Notes: generated by a model not told the origin, from the letters alone. 47,498 nucleotides of DNA from Octopus bimaculoides (GCF_001194135.2 NC_068983.1:106995339-107042836), one strand, 5' to 3'. Shown: positions 23,135 through 36,293, numbered from the stretch's first letter. Numbers and translations: made by a program.

Positions 23135-23710
23135 TAAAGTTCCACAGAGTTGTGTAAGCCACACTATAAATTCCTGCAGAAAACAGTTGATTTCCACCTT
23201 TATTTCTTTAGGACTTAGATTTTCTGTTGACACTAACTTAACTAGAACTGACATTTTAGACTTACTTTATGCCACAAGATTAATTTCTATAAACCCTTCA
23301 GTAAGCGCAATGAAAATCTCAAATGTGTTAATGAACATTGTTGCCATCCACTTATAACATTTAAGAACTTAATTTCTAACAATAGCAATAGAATCACGTG
23401 TCTTTCTTCATTTATAGAAATATTTGAAATGGCATCCCCATATTATAATAAGGCTTTAGAAGATTGCATCTTTAATGATAAAATCTTTTATAACACTCCA
23501 ATTCCACAGCCATCCAGTCATAAGAATAGGTCCTGCAATATTTTAGGATTCAAACTACCCTTGTCCCTAAATGTTAGAACAAATTTAGGTAGAAGATTCA
23601 TGCTCTTATTAAATAATCACTTACAAAGCAACCATAAGTATAGTAAGATATTTAATAGGAACACAATTAAAATTATGTATTCCTGTCCCTGTAATGTAAA
23701 GACCTATATC
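23135..23710 (+). mobile_element. Penelope-like element RT/thumb fragment (decayed)
   Basis: LGLRFSVDTNL...DILD...YKPFSKRN...RITCLSS...ASPYYNKAL...NVRTNLGRRF...HKYSKIFNRNTIKIMYSC. Confidence 0.8.
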
Positions 23711-24310
23711 AATAAGCAATCAATGACTGGGATCAGACCTAGATACACAAAATGTTGTCTTAGGCAGGCACATCTTTTGTTGTTTATGAGATGTAATAAT
23801 TACTTCAACCAGACAGACCAAATGATATATAGAGCCTGTAGGCACTAGCATAGCTAGAGTGTGCTGCCCAGGGTGGCCTTTCTGTTTTCTGCCCTGGACC
23901 CCACAATAAAACGCATATTGCCTACAGCAGACCCTGTTTCCTGGAGTTCTAACAAAACTGTATCTTTAAAAAAGACCTAGAATCTCCAGGGAGTGTATAA
24001 ATGAGAACAGTGAGATATTTTCATCATGTCTACATATTACAAAGTACATCTTAGTGAGAATTAAAGATAAACCTTTGGACAAACCCTAACCCATTCCAAT
24101 GATGGTTTATTTTTAGGCACTTGTAAAACACTGCATTTATCTTTTTCAAAATACGTGTGCTCATTCAAAGTTCTAGTACATCGCATGGAGCTACTAAACT
24201 GCCTTGTCTTTACCAGCTTCATAAAGGGTGAAATAAATTAAAATTTTCAGACAGAAAACCACAGGTAGCTATATTTCACAAGTCTTTTTGCAGTTTTAAT
24301 AATAATAATA

Positions 24311-24522
24311 ATCTTTTCTACTATAGGCACAAGGCCTGAAATTTTGGGGAGGGATTGTCAATTATATTGACCCCCGTACACAGCCAGTACTTATTTTTTT
24401 ACCCTGAAAGGATGAAAGGCAAAGTTGACCTCAACAGAATTTGAACTCAGAATGTAAAGACAGACGAAATGCTGTTAAGTATTTTGCTCAGTATGCTAAC
24501 AATTTTGCCAGTTTGCTACCTT
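24311..24522 (-). mobile_element. SINE family C
   Basis: Reverse complement of 44560-44778, within (AAT)n on both sides. Confidence 0.85.
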
Positions 24523-24523
24523 A

Positions 24524-24526
<3 letters not shown>

Positions 24527-24588
<62 letters not shown>
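24527..24588. repeat. (AAT)n microsatellite
   Basis: Direct reading; lies between a SINE-C and an R4/Dong copy. Confidence 0.98.
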
Positions 24589-24589
<1 letters not shown>

Positions 24590-25042
24590 TGACTGTCCCA
24601 ATCGATATAAACGTATCTGTCAAGACCTACCAAAAACTGAGCAAATATAAAGATCTTGAAATAGAAATTAGCAAAATGTGGAATCTGAAGACGAAAACAA
24701 TACCTATTGTCATAGGTGCCCTGGGAATGACAGCGAAACAGGCTGATTACTACCTAGCTCAGATACCAGGTAACCCCAAAATGGCTGAAGTTCAAAAGAT
24801 AGTGCTCATGGGAACTGCCCATATCCTACGTAAAATACTGTCTATGTGATCTCAAATTTTAAAACAAACACATAATTTTCTTATGGTTTCTTAAACATTC
24901 ACTAGAACAAAACTGTACAAATCCAAATATATGGTACCCTAGGCATAACACCTACATGAACTTCTAACTTGTTGTGTCTTGAGGTCTCTGGGTGAGACTT
25001 GGATCCAACTTGTACAAATGCAAAACAAAAGTCAAACATAAA
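24589..25042 (+). mobile_element. R4/Dong-clade non-LTR retrotransposon, 5'-truncated (subfamily a)
   Basis: Restriction-like endonuclease tail MTVPIDINVSVKTYQKLSKYKDLEIEISKMWNLKTKTIPIVIGALG...QKIVLMGTAHILRKILSM*. (AAT)n on both sides. Confidence 0.85.
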
Positions 25043-25147
25043 ATAATAATAATAATAANNNNNNNNNNGTTCCTTTTATGTTTGGTTCGATGTATTTGGA
25101 AGACTTGGATCCAACTTGTACAAATGCAAAACAAAAGTCAAACATAA

Positions 25148-25216
<69 letters not shown>

Positions 25217-25328
25217 ATCTGAGGTCATTGTTATGACTTGACAGACAATACAGACACACAGCAGACACTACATTTTCAATCAACATCACAATATTGGATA
25301 CTGTGCAATGTCTTAAATAATAATATAA

Positions 25329-25570
25329 ATAGTAACTGTTGGGTCCTTGGGGACAGTATCAGAAGGCATCAAGAGGAATATAAAGGAAATCAGAATAGAG
25401 TGCTCAGTAGAACTGTCACAAAAAGTTTGCCTCCTTGGCATGGCCAGAATATTCAAGAAAGTATTAGATAGTTGAAAAGAATGGATAGCATAGTACCATA
25501 GGCTGCAGGTAGCAAGCCTGCTATGCATGCAAGACTTCTGGAGTTCTAACAAAACTTGTGATAAAAAGTG
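25329..25570 (+). mobile_element. R4/Dong-type 3' end (subfamily b)
   Basis: IVTVGSLGTVSEGIKRNIKEI...QKVCLLGMARIFKKVLDS*, then a short UTR and (AAT)4. Confidence 0.7.
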
Positions 25571-25583
25571 AATAATAATAATA

Positions 25584-25623
<40 letters not shown>

Positions 25624-25720
25624 TGTGCATGAGTGTATGTGTGTATTTTTAACTCAAGATTTATATGCTATTATTTATAAATTTTTCTAGTTTGAGTACT
25701 ACCATTAAAAACATGAATTA

Positions 25721-25881
25721 TGTAGTAGCTGTGAGGTAAGAAGCTTGCTTCCTAACCACAAGGTTTCAGGTTCAGTCCCACTGTGTGGTACCTTGGGCAA
25801 GTGGCTTCTACTTATAGCTTCAGGTTGACCAAAGCCTTGTGAGTGGATTTGGTAGATGAAACTGAAAGAAGCCCATCATAT
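25721..25881 (+). mobile_element. SINE-A 5' half
   Basis: ggtaagaagcttgcttcctaaccac...gaaactgaaagaagccc, running into a gap. Confidence 0.85.
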
Positions 25882-26792
25882 NNNNNNNNNNNNNNNNNNN
25901 NNNNNNNNNNNNNNNNNNNNNNNNNNNNNNNNNNNNNNNNNNNNNNNNNNNNNNNNNNNNNNNNNNNNNNNNNNNNNNNNNNNNNNNNNNNNNNNNNNNN
26001 NNNNNNNNNNNNNNNNNNNNNNNNNNNNNNNNNNNNNNNNNNNNNNNNNNNNNNNNNNNNNNNNNNNNNNNNNNATATATATACATATGTGAGCACAGGA
26101 CGTCACAAAACAGGTACAACAAAAAAGTACTAAGCACGAGTGCATGGAACATGAACAATTCTTTCAAACAACAAAAGACACAAATGGAAAATAAAACAAA
26201 CAACATAAAGAACGACCCTTCATCAATTGTTGGCTGTTTTTCTAGTCTTGTATCTTGAGCATTTAACAACAATGTATACTTTTCATAGAACAGTTGCTTC
26301 TGCAAAGCAAATTAAATAAAATGAGGGATTTTGGGGAGGGTCAAAATTGGTAACACAAACAGGACAGTGAAAACAAACAGAAAGGTCTGATAAGCCTAAA
26401 TGAGGTTGTGTTGGAGAAAACGTAAATCAAGCAAGGACAGGAGACAAACAAGAACATGTCTTCCATGTTCCAGCTACAATGGAGAGAAAGAAAGAAAGAT
26501 GGCTGATGGTCACGTGGGAGCCACGTGAGCGAGGGAGGAGGAGTGAGGGAGTGGGAGTGACAGAGTAATAGGATAAAATAATGGGAGAAGAGAAGGTAAA
26601 AAAATAAGAGAGGAAAACGAAAGAGTAAAATGGTCGTATACAGTGCGCATCAGAATTATCAAGATAAAACTTACTTGGAAGAGGATGCATGGCGTTCAAT
26701 CATATAATAATATATATAGTGAAAAAGTATATAACAAAAAAAGGAGAATTTATACATTTAAAATAGATTTTAAAGGATAGAATATTATGATA

Positions 26793-26827
26793 GTCTACCG
26801 GTTTCACGTTTTGCTAATCATGACATT
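26793..26827 (-). ncRNA. Highly degenerate hammerhead-like relic
   Basis: GUC-AUGAUUA-GC-AAAAC-GU-GAAAC-CG-GU-A-GAC. Palindromic ACCGGU helix III and GUA triplet, but two substitutions in the CUGAUGA core. Confidence 0.3.
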
Positions 26828-28159
26828 GAAATTAGGGGAAATATTGCAATTTGATATTAAGGAGATTTGATTCCATGCTACTTGAATAAGAGTTTGTTTG
26901 TAAATGAACCAGCCTGTAGAGAAATCTAAGGGGAGGTAATTGGTGATTATTCCATATATAGATATATATGTATGTATGTATATATATGCATATCTCTGTT
27001 CAGAACAATAAATCTATTTCTTTTTTTTATGCTATCAGTCCTGGGTACTTTCTTTTGCTAGCAACAATGCAGGGTTTCAAAGGACTCTTAAGTTTTTCTG
27101 ATGTCAAAATCACCTTTATAGTGCAGGTGCCACAAAAAAAAAAAAGATGCATCTAGTGAAATATGTAAACATGTTAGTGTAGGGTAAAGAAAGGAACCCA
27201 ACTGAAGTAATCATGCCAAACTGAAGCATTGGAACAAAAATTGGTTTTCCAACCTCTTTGATTCTGTTGAACCATTCACCCAAATGTTGGAAAAGACATT
27301 AAATGTTAAGTCTAACATAGTGAAATCAACTTAATAATTAGGCATTTCACAATTAGTCAATGATATAGTAAATTATTCAGTGGAAATACCTTAAAACTGT
27401 GATACATCTCCATCACTGTTATGGAAAACTTAATAACAAGTAAAGCAACTAAATACAACTAAAGTTAAATGTACAATAAGAAATAGGAATGCATGCTCTC
27501 TTAATCATACGTGAAATGCTGAAGCAATTATCTATGAGGCAGAAGTTACCTCCACGAAATCAAATCTAAGCACTGTGTATAAACATTCTTGAGGTTTGGT
27601 GGAAGGTAAGTTCAAGCAAATGTACTTCAACTACACTTTTTCCTTCAGAAATATAGTGACAAGAAAAGCAGCAAGCGATCCAATTATTACCTGAACTTTG
27701 TCTGAAACACCATACAACTGCATTTGACCTCAAGTGAAACATCCTTAAAAGATATGAAGCATACAGAAATGGAATAAAAGAAAGAAGCCTGTTGGCTGTG
27801 CATAACTGGAAAGACCTTCAAACATATCAGCAGATTATCTAAATACTGAGTCAAAGATTTACAACAAGGGTCTCTATTTTCATAAATATTTGTTAAAATA
27901 CTGTAAGATTATACTTTTACTTGATTGAATGGTTTAATGTTTAATTCTTTACCAGGATCAATCACACTGTATATTTCTCACCTTAGCTTTAACCCACTAT
28001 GAAATACTCTTTACCTCTATGGTCTCTGTTATTCATATCATCAGTCCCTACTGTCAATTCACCAGATTCTCTTTTTTATAGTCCTTTTATCTCTTTCTTG
28101 TTACATTCATTAAATGAATTGCCCCCCCCCCACACCATCAAGTATTTATTTATTTTTTA

Positions 28160-28340
28160 AGTCCAGTACTTATTCTGTTAATATTGTACCTATTGCTGAA
28201 CAACTAAGTTTAAGGGATACAAACAAACCAGCACCTACTTTCACAAGGCTTTGATTGACCTAGGATCGTGTCATGCAATAGGACTGACACCAAGACCATA
28301 CGGTCAGGAAGCAAACTTCTTATTACACAACCACACCTGC
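28160..28340 (-). mobile_element. Degenerate SINE-A
   Basis: agtacttattct...ggaagcaaacttcttattacacaaccac. Confidence 0.5.
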
Positions 28341-28527
28341 ACATATTACATAAAATATAGTCAGTGACACTTTAATGGTTTTAACTCGTTCATTTTCCCT
28401 TACTCATTCTTTACCCTTACCCGGTAGCAACTTTCTCAGCCACTTTTAAATGTTCATCAACCATATCATTTTGGGCTAACCCAACTTAAATAACATCTTG
28501 CTAACAATCATTATTTAAAAAGTAATG

Positions 28528-28748
28528 AAAGGTGGTGAGCTGGCAGAATTGTTAACATGCAAGGCAAAATGCTTAGAGGCATTTTGTCTGTCCTTATGTT
28601 CTAAGTTCAAATTCTGCTGAAGTTGACTTTACCTTTCATCCTTCTGGGGTCAATAAAATATGTACCGGTTGAACACTGGAGTTGATGTAATCGACCTATC
28701 CACTTCGCTGAAATTACTGGCCTTGTGTCAAAATTTGAAACCATTATT
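28528..28748 (+). mobile_element. SINE family C
   Basis: ggtggtgagctggcagaatt...aagttcaaattc...ctttcatcc...ggccttgtg...ccattatt. Confidence 0.85.
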
Positions 28749-29948
28749 AAGAAGTAATGAGTTATACCCCTTAGCATAAGTTCAAACCTATAATGTAAAA
28801 CTGGAACCTTGGAGTCCTGTTCTAAAAACAATAAATAACAATTAACTACAGATATATTTTATTGCCTATGATTATCCAGAAATTTTTCTGGCTATGAGTC
28901 TAAGCCATGATAATATGATCAGTGAAAGGACTATATAATTAAATATTTCATGCTAATGTTAGTATTGAGTACCCTGATTTTATGTGTCATAATACCTATA
29001 ATCTATTATGCACATGATGTGTGCATTTACACATAAACATTCACATATGCACACACAAACACATGGTGTTTTTCAGTTCATTGCATAGCTTGTCAAAAAG
29101 CAAGGAGTTGTACTTCTGTTTGCTCATATAGATAAAGCATTTGGCAGAATGCCAATTGCTGTGATGCTTGGCAGCATTAACAAAGCTAGTTGTTGATAGG
29201 TAGCTTTGTAAGTGGCTATGTAAACCAGATAAAAGTAGTAAGAAAGTTATTAGAGCTAAAATTTGATGATTATTCTGATCATTCTGATCATAAGTGCATC
29301 TGAAAAGAGATAATTTATTTTGTACTGATGAATCTATAAAGGACAATACAGGAAATATTTGAAATCTGAAAAGTAAGGGGCTGATTATTGAGGAAATCAA
29401 AATTAAGATGGTGGCCAGTTGCAGGTATTTCCTTTAGTATAATTTCATCAAGCAGATGGCCAAGTTCAGTATAGATGAAGAAGTCAATATGCTGTTTGTA
29501 ATATAATAACTGAAAGCATATGATGTGTAGCAGAATTTCAGGTAGATTTGACAGTAATTGAATACATTAAGTGCATTAAATTCACTGGTGGTGCACTTAA
29601 AGTGACATCAGCAGGTCAAGAGGTGATGGATTCAGTCAAAGTGGAAGACAATCTCTGTTATTGAAGTGACCAAATCACTTTTAGAAGTGAAGTCAGTAGC
29701 AGTGTTATACTTAAAGTGAAAAGTAGAAGGAAGATGTTTAAGGAACTGCTGCGGTAACATGGTAAACAAATTCTTTGACTGAACAAAAGAAAGAAAAATT
29801 TTTTTTTCTGATGCATCGATCAAATATAGTACTGTTATTATATGGTATTGAAACATGAACAGAAAAGACCTCAGTAGTGAATGGGCGCATTGTAATAAAG
29901 ATTAAACACACACACATACACACACACACAACACACATGTGTATAGTA

Positions 29949-29990
<42 letters not shown>

Positions 29991-31429
29991 TAGATATATA
30001 TATTGATAAATTATAGGGCAGCAAAAAAATTTTAGAAATTCTATTTACCACTAGTGGTCTAGCGAAAATAAAAATCAGTCAATAGACTATATATTATTCA
30101 TTTAAAATACAGAGATGCCTATAATAGGACATCTGACCCACTAGAAAGAGCAGCAAAAAACTCTATACCACAAAAAATAGGAATANNNNNNNNNNNNNNN
30201 NNNNNNNNNNNNNNNNNNNNNNNNNNNNNNNNNNNNNNNNNNNNNNNNNNNNNNNNNNNNNNNNNNNNNNNNNNNNNNNNNNNNNNNNNNNNNNNNNNNN
30301 NNNNNNNNNNNNNNNNNNNNNNNNNNNNNNNNNNNNNNNNNNNNNNNNNNNNNNNNNNNNNNNNNNNNNNNNNNNNNNNNNNNNNNNNNNNNNNNNNNNN
30401 NNNNNNNNNNNNNNNNNNNNNNNNNNNNNNNNNNNNNNNNNNNNNNNNNNNNNNNNNNNNNNNNNNNNNNNNNNNNNNNNNNNNNNNNNNNNNNNNNNNN
30501 NNNNNNNNNNNNNNNNNNNNNNNNNNNNNNNNNNNNNNNNNNNNNNNNNNNNNNNNNNNNNNNNNNNNNNNNNNNNNNNNNNNNNNNNNNNNNNNNNNNN
30601 NNNNNNNNNNNNNNNNNNNNNNNNNNNNNNNNNNNNNNNNNNNNNNNNNNNNNNNNNNNNNNNNNNNNNNNNNNNNNNNNNNNNNNNNNNNNNNNNNNNN
30701 NNNNNNNNNNNNNNNNNTATATATATATATATATATATCAGAGACAGACAAGATGAGAATGAATGTGATAGAGTTGGCTTATAACAGAGTTGTTATAAAA
30801 ACATCTTAAACCTTGATTAAAATGTATAAATTGGGTGAATCCTGATTGTTAATCTGGAGGGAAGAGATATGAAAGACATTTACCTGGAAAAATAATTGAC
30901 TGGCTAGTATCGTTTACAAGAAAAAGATCAAAGTATAAATGAAAATCTAAATGAGTGTGTTAAGACATAGCTTTCTTCACTTGGTTGAGTTGTCAGTGAT
31001 ATGCATTTTGTTGCCTGTGATCTGAATGCTTGTACAAGATGCCTTTGATATTATAATTTGTCATATTTTTGACGGTTTTGATATGGATAACTTCGATCAG
31101 TGTTAATACTTGAGGAAATTGATCAAGTTGTTGAACACATTTGAATTACTGAAATATTTTAATCCACAAGATCAGATTTCAACAACTGTATTTGTCCATA
31201 GACTAAGAGTTAAAAACTAGTCTATTGATTAAGTTGTTATGCAACTGATGTTTACATTCAGACAAAGCAGCTGTTGACCAACATCATGTCAATAACAATA
31301 ACTCTTTTAGAAATGGTTTCTATAACATATCGGTGGAAAAGTATGAAGAAATTTTGAAATGAAAATAAGTCAAATCTATTTTTATGATAGGCAGAGAAAA
31401 TCTGATATCAGAAGGATCTACATCTTCTT

Positions 31430-31575
31430 GGCTTTCCACTTCCCAAATACTTGGCTTTGGGTTCAGTTCCACTGCATAGTACCTTGGGTACTATGCAATG
31501 TCTTCTACTATAAGCTTTGGATTGACCAAAACCTTCTGAGTGATTTTGATTGATGAAAACTGAAAAAACCCCCAA
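31430..31575 (+). mobile_element. SINE-A 5' half
   Basis: gggttcagttccactgc...tcttctactata...gaaaactgaaaaaaccc. Confidence 0.7.
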
Positions 31576-31736
31576 AAACTCTTATATAAATACATACATG
31601 TGTGTGTGTATGTGTGTGTGTGTGTGTGTGTGTGCATGCATGTTTGTATTTGTATGATTTCACATTTCCCATACTTTCACTACTTTGTAAGCAATAGCTT
31701 CCTGATGATGTTATTTTCTTGCTGACCATTACAAAA

Positions 31737-31842
31737 TCATGTCCAGCGTCGAGACATATTTTGAGATATTGTGCAGTTTTTGAAAACAAAGGGTTCATAT
31801 GGTGTTGTTTGTTTGTAGTCCTTCACATAAATAATATTCAGG
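31737..31842 (-). CDS. Candidate terminal coding exon (phase 2 start, ends in TGA)
   Basis: Acceptor atgttcttgtctttcacacaacaagcag| (NAGNAG). Frame LNIIYVKDYKQTTPYEPFVFKNCTISQNMSRRWT* is phase-compatible with exon 39259-39385. No donor before the stop. Confidence 0.35.
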
Positions 31843-32569
31843 CTGCTTGTTGTGTGAAAGACAAGAACATTATTATCCCACTTGGAGACAAGAGGTGTTT
31901 AACAAGAGGAAAGACATCTGGTTGTAGAAATGCTGTCTCAATATACTCTTCTATAACCTATGCAAGCATAGAAAAGTAGATGTTAAAAATTATGTAAACA
32001 ATAAAATATTCAGTTATTTATATACTCAAATCTATGTGTATGTAGATTGCTGATAACTGAAATAATTTTATGTTCATGTCATCATCTGAAGCACTCTCGA
32101 AATACATAATGAAATCCTGACTTTCTTCACTGTGTAAGAATACCATTAAAGCAACCATGTTACTCTATCAAATTATTATACCAAATAGATGTTATAGTGA
32201 ATGAATCAAACTTTGGCCCTATGTTGTAAAAAAAAGCTATCTGAAAGCAAGACACAAAACTAGCATTAAATTCCATGTTATCCTGGAATTTGGAATGGAT
32301 CTCTTTCACAAATAATCCTGATGCTGACATGGATACCTACTGAAGGTTTATAAAGTATGCTGCTAACCAAGAGGAAACTGGTAAAGATGCATTGAGATAT
32401 AACAACTATGATACAAAAAGACAAAACAACTATTAAGTAGGAAAACAAATGTAAGATATTAATACTGATTACTATCATGTATTGCTTTGATTTTTCAATA
32501 ATGATTTCTTTCTGTTTCTTTATCAATTCATTCATTTAATGTTTAAAAGAAGTCAGACAGTTGATTTTC

Positions 32570-33170
32570 AAAATACAATTTTCAATAGAATTTGAAAATT
32601 TTGACCTTTTGAGTACCACTTCAGATATTTGAATAGACAAAACTAGTTGGAATATAGTTTAGGCTGATGTTCAAGAGTTGTAGTTGCTAATTCTTCAATT
32701 ATTGATGACAATGTATCCAAAGTATGTATTGGGGGCATTGTTGTATAAGAAAATACAATTTCTTTTAACATTCTCATACATTTCCCCGCTCTTTTCCTGA
32801 ATTACTCTGCATTGATTACAATGCCTTTGTCTATGAATGCCAACAGGAAAATGCATTTCTCTATTATCAAATGGAAAACACCATTGATTTTCTTTGCAAG
32901 GTGTCTCTTCAGTTCTTCAAAAATATTTTACCATGACAGAATTTCCATTAACCTGCATCACACTTTGTTTTGGAAAGAAATAAGCTCAGTGGAATTTCTT
33001 TCAATGTTACTAAACTTGGTACTAAACATTTGCCAAATTCTTCCTTAAGTTATAAATTGATCTGACAAGCAACAAGTCCTCTGTACTCAGCAATTTCTCT
33101 TTCCAATAGCCAAGGGAGAAACTTTGAGCATAGCTTTCTGATTTCTACATTTCTATATTGAACCCATGCA
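32570..33170 (-). mobile_element. Old mariner-like transposase relic
   Basis: IRKLCSKFLPWLL (WVPxxL-like), FIDKGIVINAE, FLYNNAP, IEEL...LEHQP...FCLFKYLKW across frameshifts. Confidence 0.55.
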
Positions 33171-33997
33171 GATGTTTATGACACTTGAAATATCTTAAAC
33201 AGATATTTGATGATTGCTTTCAATAATTGAAATCACTACCAAAACTTATCTAAAAGAAAGACAGAAATATATGATAATAATATTGCCATATATCCTTATA
33301 TCAATATAAACAATATGCAATATAAAACATTTCACATTTACTAGATTTAAGTTTCATTATACCTGGTTAGAAACGAAATAATGTTAAAAGGTTTCTAAAA
33401 TATAGAGTATATATTCTAAATATTGTTAAAATTGTGCACATTAACTTTTGTCACATCTAATTATTATTACTTCAAATTTGATAATACCATTCTAAAGACT
33501 AACTTGACATTTCAGATGCAAGCATCATACTGTGCAACCAAGTATGTATATAGTCACTCAACATTGTAAAAAGATACAACACAACTTAAAGAATCATTCC
33601 ATTCTCCTGACACAGGAATACTACACAAAGCCTCACCATCTACATACATGTTCCATTTATCAATATACATTTGATGAAGGATTTACATCCTTTGCAGTGC
33701 AACAGCATATTTCATGATGTTTTGTGTAATGTTCATGACAAAATGTATATACTTCATATTGGACAAATCATAATCCTTTTTTTTTAAGTCCCAAATATGT
33801 TTGAGTGAGAATACTGTTCATTGATCAGATATGTGGCACAGCCACCACACAAACACAGATTCAGATTGCATCTAAAAAAGAATTTCTGATGTATAGGAAA
33901 GCTCATATTCATAAGATCTTGAAAAACGTGATCCTGTCATTGATTTATGCATTTTTTCATGGTTTTATTGTGACTGTAAAGTCTCAGTGTCACTTTC

Positions 33998-34043
<46 letters not shown>

Positions 34044-34262
34044 GTTCAGTAGTTTTATTTTTATAACGTGCTTTCACTTCACTACCGAGCGCAGCTCTGT
34101 GCGCCTTGGGTATGTGCTGTGGTTTGCTGTGGTGCTCTTATGTTTACTGTATTGAAAGTGTTTTGCGTAGAATGTGTGCAGTACCCAGTAGTGCAATTTT
34201 CTGTATGTTATATATATTTGTAAGTCCTGGTGTTTTTGTTATGTATTTGTCTGAATTTTTTT
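34044..34262 (-). mobile_element. R4/Dong-type 3' end (subfamily c)
   Basis: Minus frame KYITKTPGLTNIYNIQKIALLGTAHILRKTLSIQ*. (ATT)n on both sides. Confidence 0.8.
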
Positions 34263-34442
34263 TTATTATTATTATTNNNNNNNNNNNNNNNNNNNNNNNN
34301 NNNNNNNNNNNNNNNNNNNNNNNNNNNNNNNNNNNNNNNNNNNNNNNNNNNNNNNNNNNNNNNNNNNNNNNNNNNNNNNNNNNNNNNNNNNNNNNNNNNN
34401 NNNNNNNNNNNNNNNNNNNNNNNNNNNNNNNNNNNNNNNNNN

Positions 34443-34688
34443 GCTTTCACTATACTACCGAGCGCAGCTCTGTGTGCCTTGGGTATGTGCTGTGGTTTGA
34501 TGTGATGCTCTTATGGTTACTGTATTGAAAGTGTTTTGCGTAGGATGTGTGCAGTGCTCAGTAGTGCAATTTTCTGTATGTTGTATATCCTTTTCATTCA
34601 TATGTTTGTCTGTGGTGTTCTAGATTGGTGCTTTTTGTACATTATTATACATCTCTACGGTCTGGGATTGTTGTTTTTTGTTTACTTC
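34443..34688 (-). mobile_element. Second subfamily-c R4/Dong 3' end
   Basis: Similar but not identical to 34076-34215. Abuts (ATT)n at 34689-34780 and an N gap. Confidence 0.75.
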
Positions 34689-34748
<60 letters not shown>

Positions 34749-34784
34749 CATCATTATTATTATTATTAATTATTATTATCATTT

Positions 34785-35000
34785 AGGTGGTGAGTTGGCA
34801 GAATCAGTAACACAATGGAAAAATTGCTAAGCAGCATTTCATCCAACTTTATGTTGAGTTCATATTCCACCAGGGTTGACTTTCATCCTTTTAGGGTCGA
34901 TAAAGTAAGTACCAGTTGTGCACTGGGGTTGATGTAATTGACATCCTCCCCCTCACCCCAAAATTGCTGGCCTTGTGCCAAAATTTGAAACCATTATTAC
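34785..35000 (+). mobile_element. SINE family C
   Basis: Colinear with 28528-28748 and flanked by (ATT)n. Confidence 0.85.
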
Positions 35001-35007
35001 TATTATT

Positions 35008-35215
35008 GATAATACATGTTTGGCTTTTGCCTCGTATTTGTACAAGTCAACTCCAAGTCTCACCCAAAGACCTCAAGAGACACCAAGTTATAAGTTCAAG
35101 TTGGTGTTATGACTAGGGTGTCATATATTTGGTTTTGCACTGAGTATTGTTCTAGAGAATGTACATCAAATCATAAGTAAATTAGAAGTTTGATTTAAAA
35201 GTAATTTGATTATAA
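35008..35215 (-). mobile_element. Subfamily-a R4/Dong 3'UTR fragment
   Basis: Diverged reverse complement of 24850-25040. Confidence 0.7.
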
Positions 35216-35399
35216 GATAGTCTGGTGTTAAGATGACAGTAAAAAGTGTTTGCTGTTATGTACATTTAAAAGTATTTTGACACTGTTTACAGATTAAAAT
35301 ATTTTTGAGATTACATAAACAATATTTTATGTAGGATATGAGCAGTTCCCATGAGCACTATCTTTTGAATTTCTTCTATTTTTTGATTTCCTGGTATTT

Positions 35400-35584
35400 G
35401 AGCTAAGCAGACTGAGTGCAGATACGAGTAGCATATGGGAACCTGTATTAAGGAAGGATAGGAAAATATTAGATTTATAAGCCCTAAAATTCACTCCATA
35501 ATTGCTCATGGGCATATGGCATAGTGCTTAAGAGTGCAGGCTACTAACTCCAAGATTCTGAGTTCGATTCCAGGCAGTGACCTG
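35400..35584 (+). mobile_element. PLE-like ORF end plus a tRNA-like unit
   Basis: ELSRLSADTSSIWEPVLRKDRKILDL*, then ttcactccataattgc...catatggcatagtgcttaagagtgcaggctactaac...gagttcgattcc, matching the reverse complement of 41898-41978. Followed by (AAT)n. Confidence 0.55.
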
Positions 35585-35775
35585 AATAATAATAATAATG
35601 ATAATAATAATAATAATAATAATCTCATCCTCTGCCCTGATGCAGTACCAGGCAGTGGCTATCATGGCTTCTGATCTTAACTGATTGGATGTGTTATCAT
35701 GTACATTGTTTTGTCTTGGTATAAAAGATGGGCTACAGCAAATATTCTGCTCAATATCACAGATTTGCTTGTCAG

Positions 35776-35862
35776 CATCACAGCAAACCACAGCACATAC
35801 CCAAGGCACACAGAGCTGCACTCGGTAGTGAAGTGAAAGCACGTTATAAAAATAAAACTACT
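35776..35862 (+). mobile_element. Short subfamily-c R4/Dong 3' tip
   Basis: Reverse complement of 34044-34135, followed by an (AAT/AAC)n array. Confidence 0.75.
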
Positions 35863-36099
35863 GAATAATAATAATAACAATAACAACAACAATAATAATA
35901 ATAGCAATAATAATGATAATAATAATAATAATAGACAATGTGAAGAACGCGATGCGATTGCAAAAGATATTTTATTGGTTATCTATTGCAATTGCATCAC
36001 ACTCTTTGTATTGTCTGTTTATCTTTGTGAACAGTTACGTCAATCCTTCAAAATATAATAATGATTATAATAATGAAAAAAATAATAATGATAATAATC

Positions 36100-36250
36100 A
36101 TCTTTTCTACTCAAGGCACAAGACCTGAAATTGTTGGGGAGGTGGGGCAGTCGATTAGATCAACCTCAGTACGCAACTGGTACTTAATTTATTGATTCCA
36201 AAAGGACGAAAGGCAAAGCCGACCTCAGCGGAATTTGAACTCAGAATTCG
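36100..36250 (-). mobile_element. SINE family C, 5'-truncated
   Basis: cttttctactcaaggcacaag...gcggaatttgaactcagaa. Confidence 0.8.
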
Positions 36251-36293
36251 AACTCAAAACATGCAGATGAACAAAACACCACTAATAACGATC

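Noticed and set aside
23790-23970. Possible further R4/Dong 3' end sharing ctggagttctaacaaaact with ~25548-25566
   Set aside because: Only a 19-bp match and a weak peptide resemblance, with no TAA flank.
25069-25213. Tandem duplication of the Dong-like 3' tip
   Set aside because: Identical ~48 bp on either side of a 10-N gap; likely an assembly overlap.
28767-28822. Minus-strand exon candidate EQDSKVPVLHYRFELMLR after a strong acceptor
   Set aside because: The donor is weak, the frame is ambiguous, and the phase does not fit the best chain.
32278-32535. Hydrophobic ORF resembling a membrane-protein fragment
   Set aside because: Hydrophobicity follows from AT-rich composition; no recognisable motif or splice sites.
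33632-33870. Acceptor/donor pair on the minus strand
   Set aside because: Stops in all frames.
35510-35584. tRNA gene with ACT anticodon (also 41898-41958)
   Set aside because: Acceptor, anticodon and T stems pair poorly, and both copies are embedded in repeat context. Treated as TE-borne tRNA-like units.
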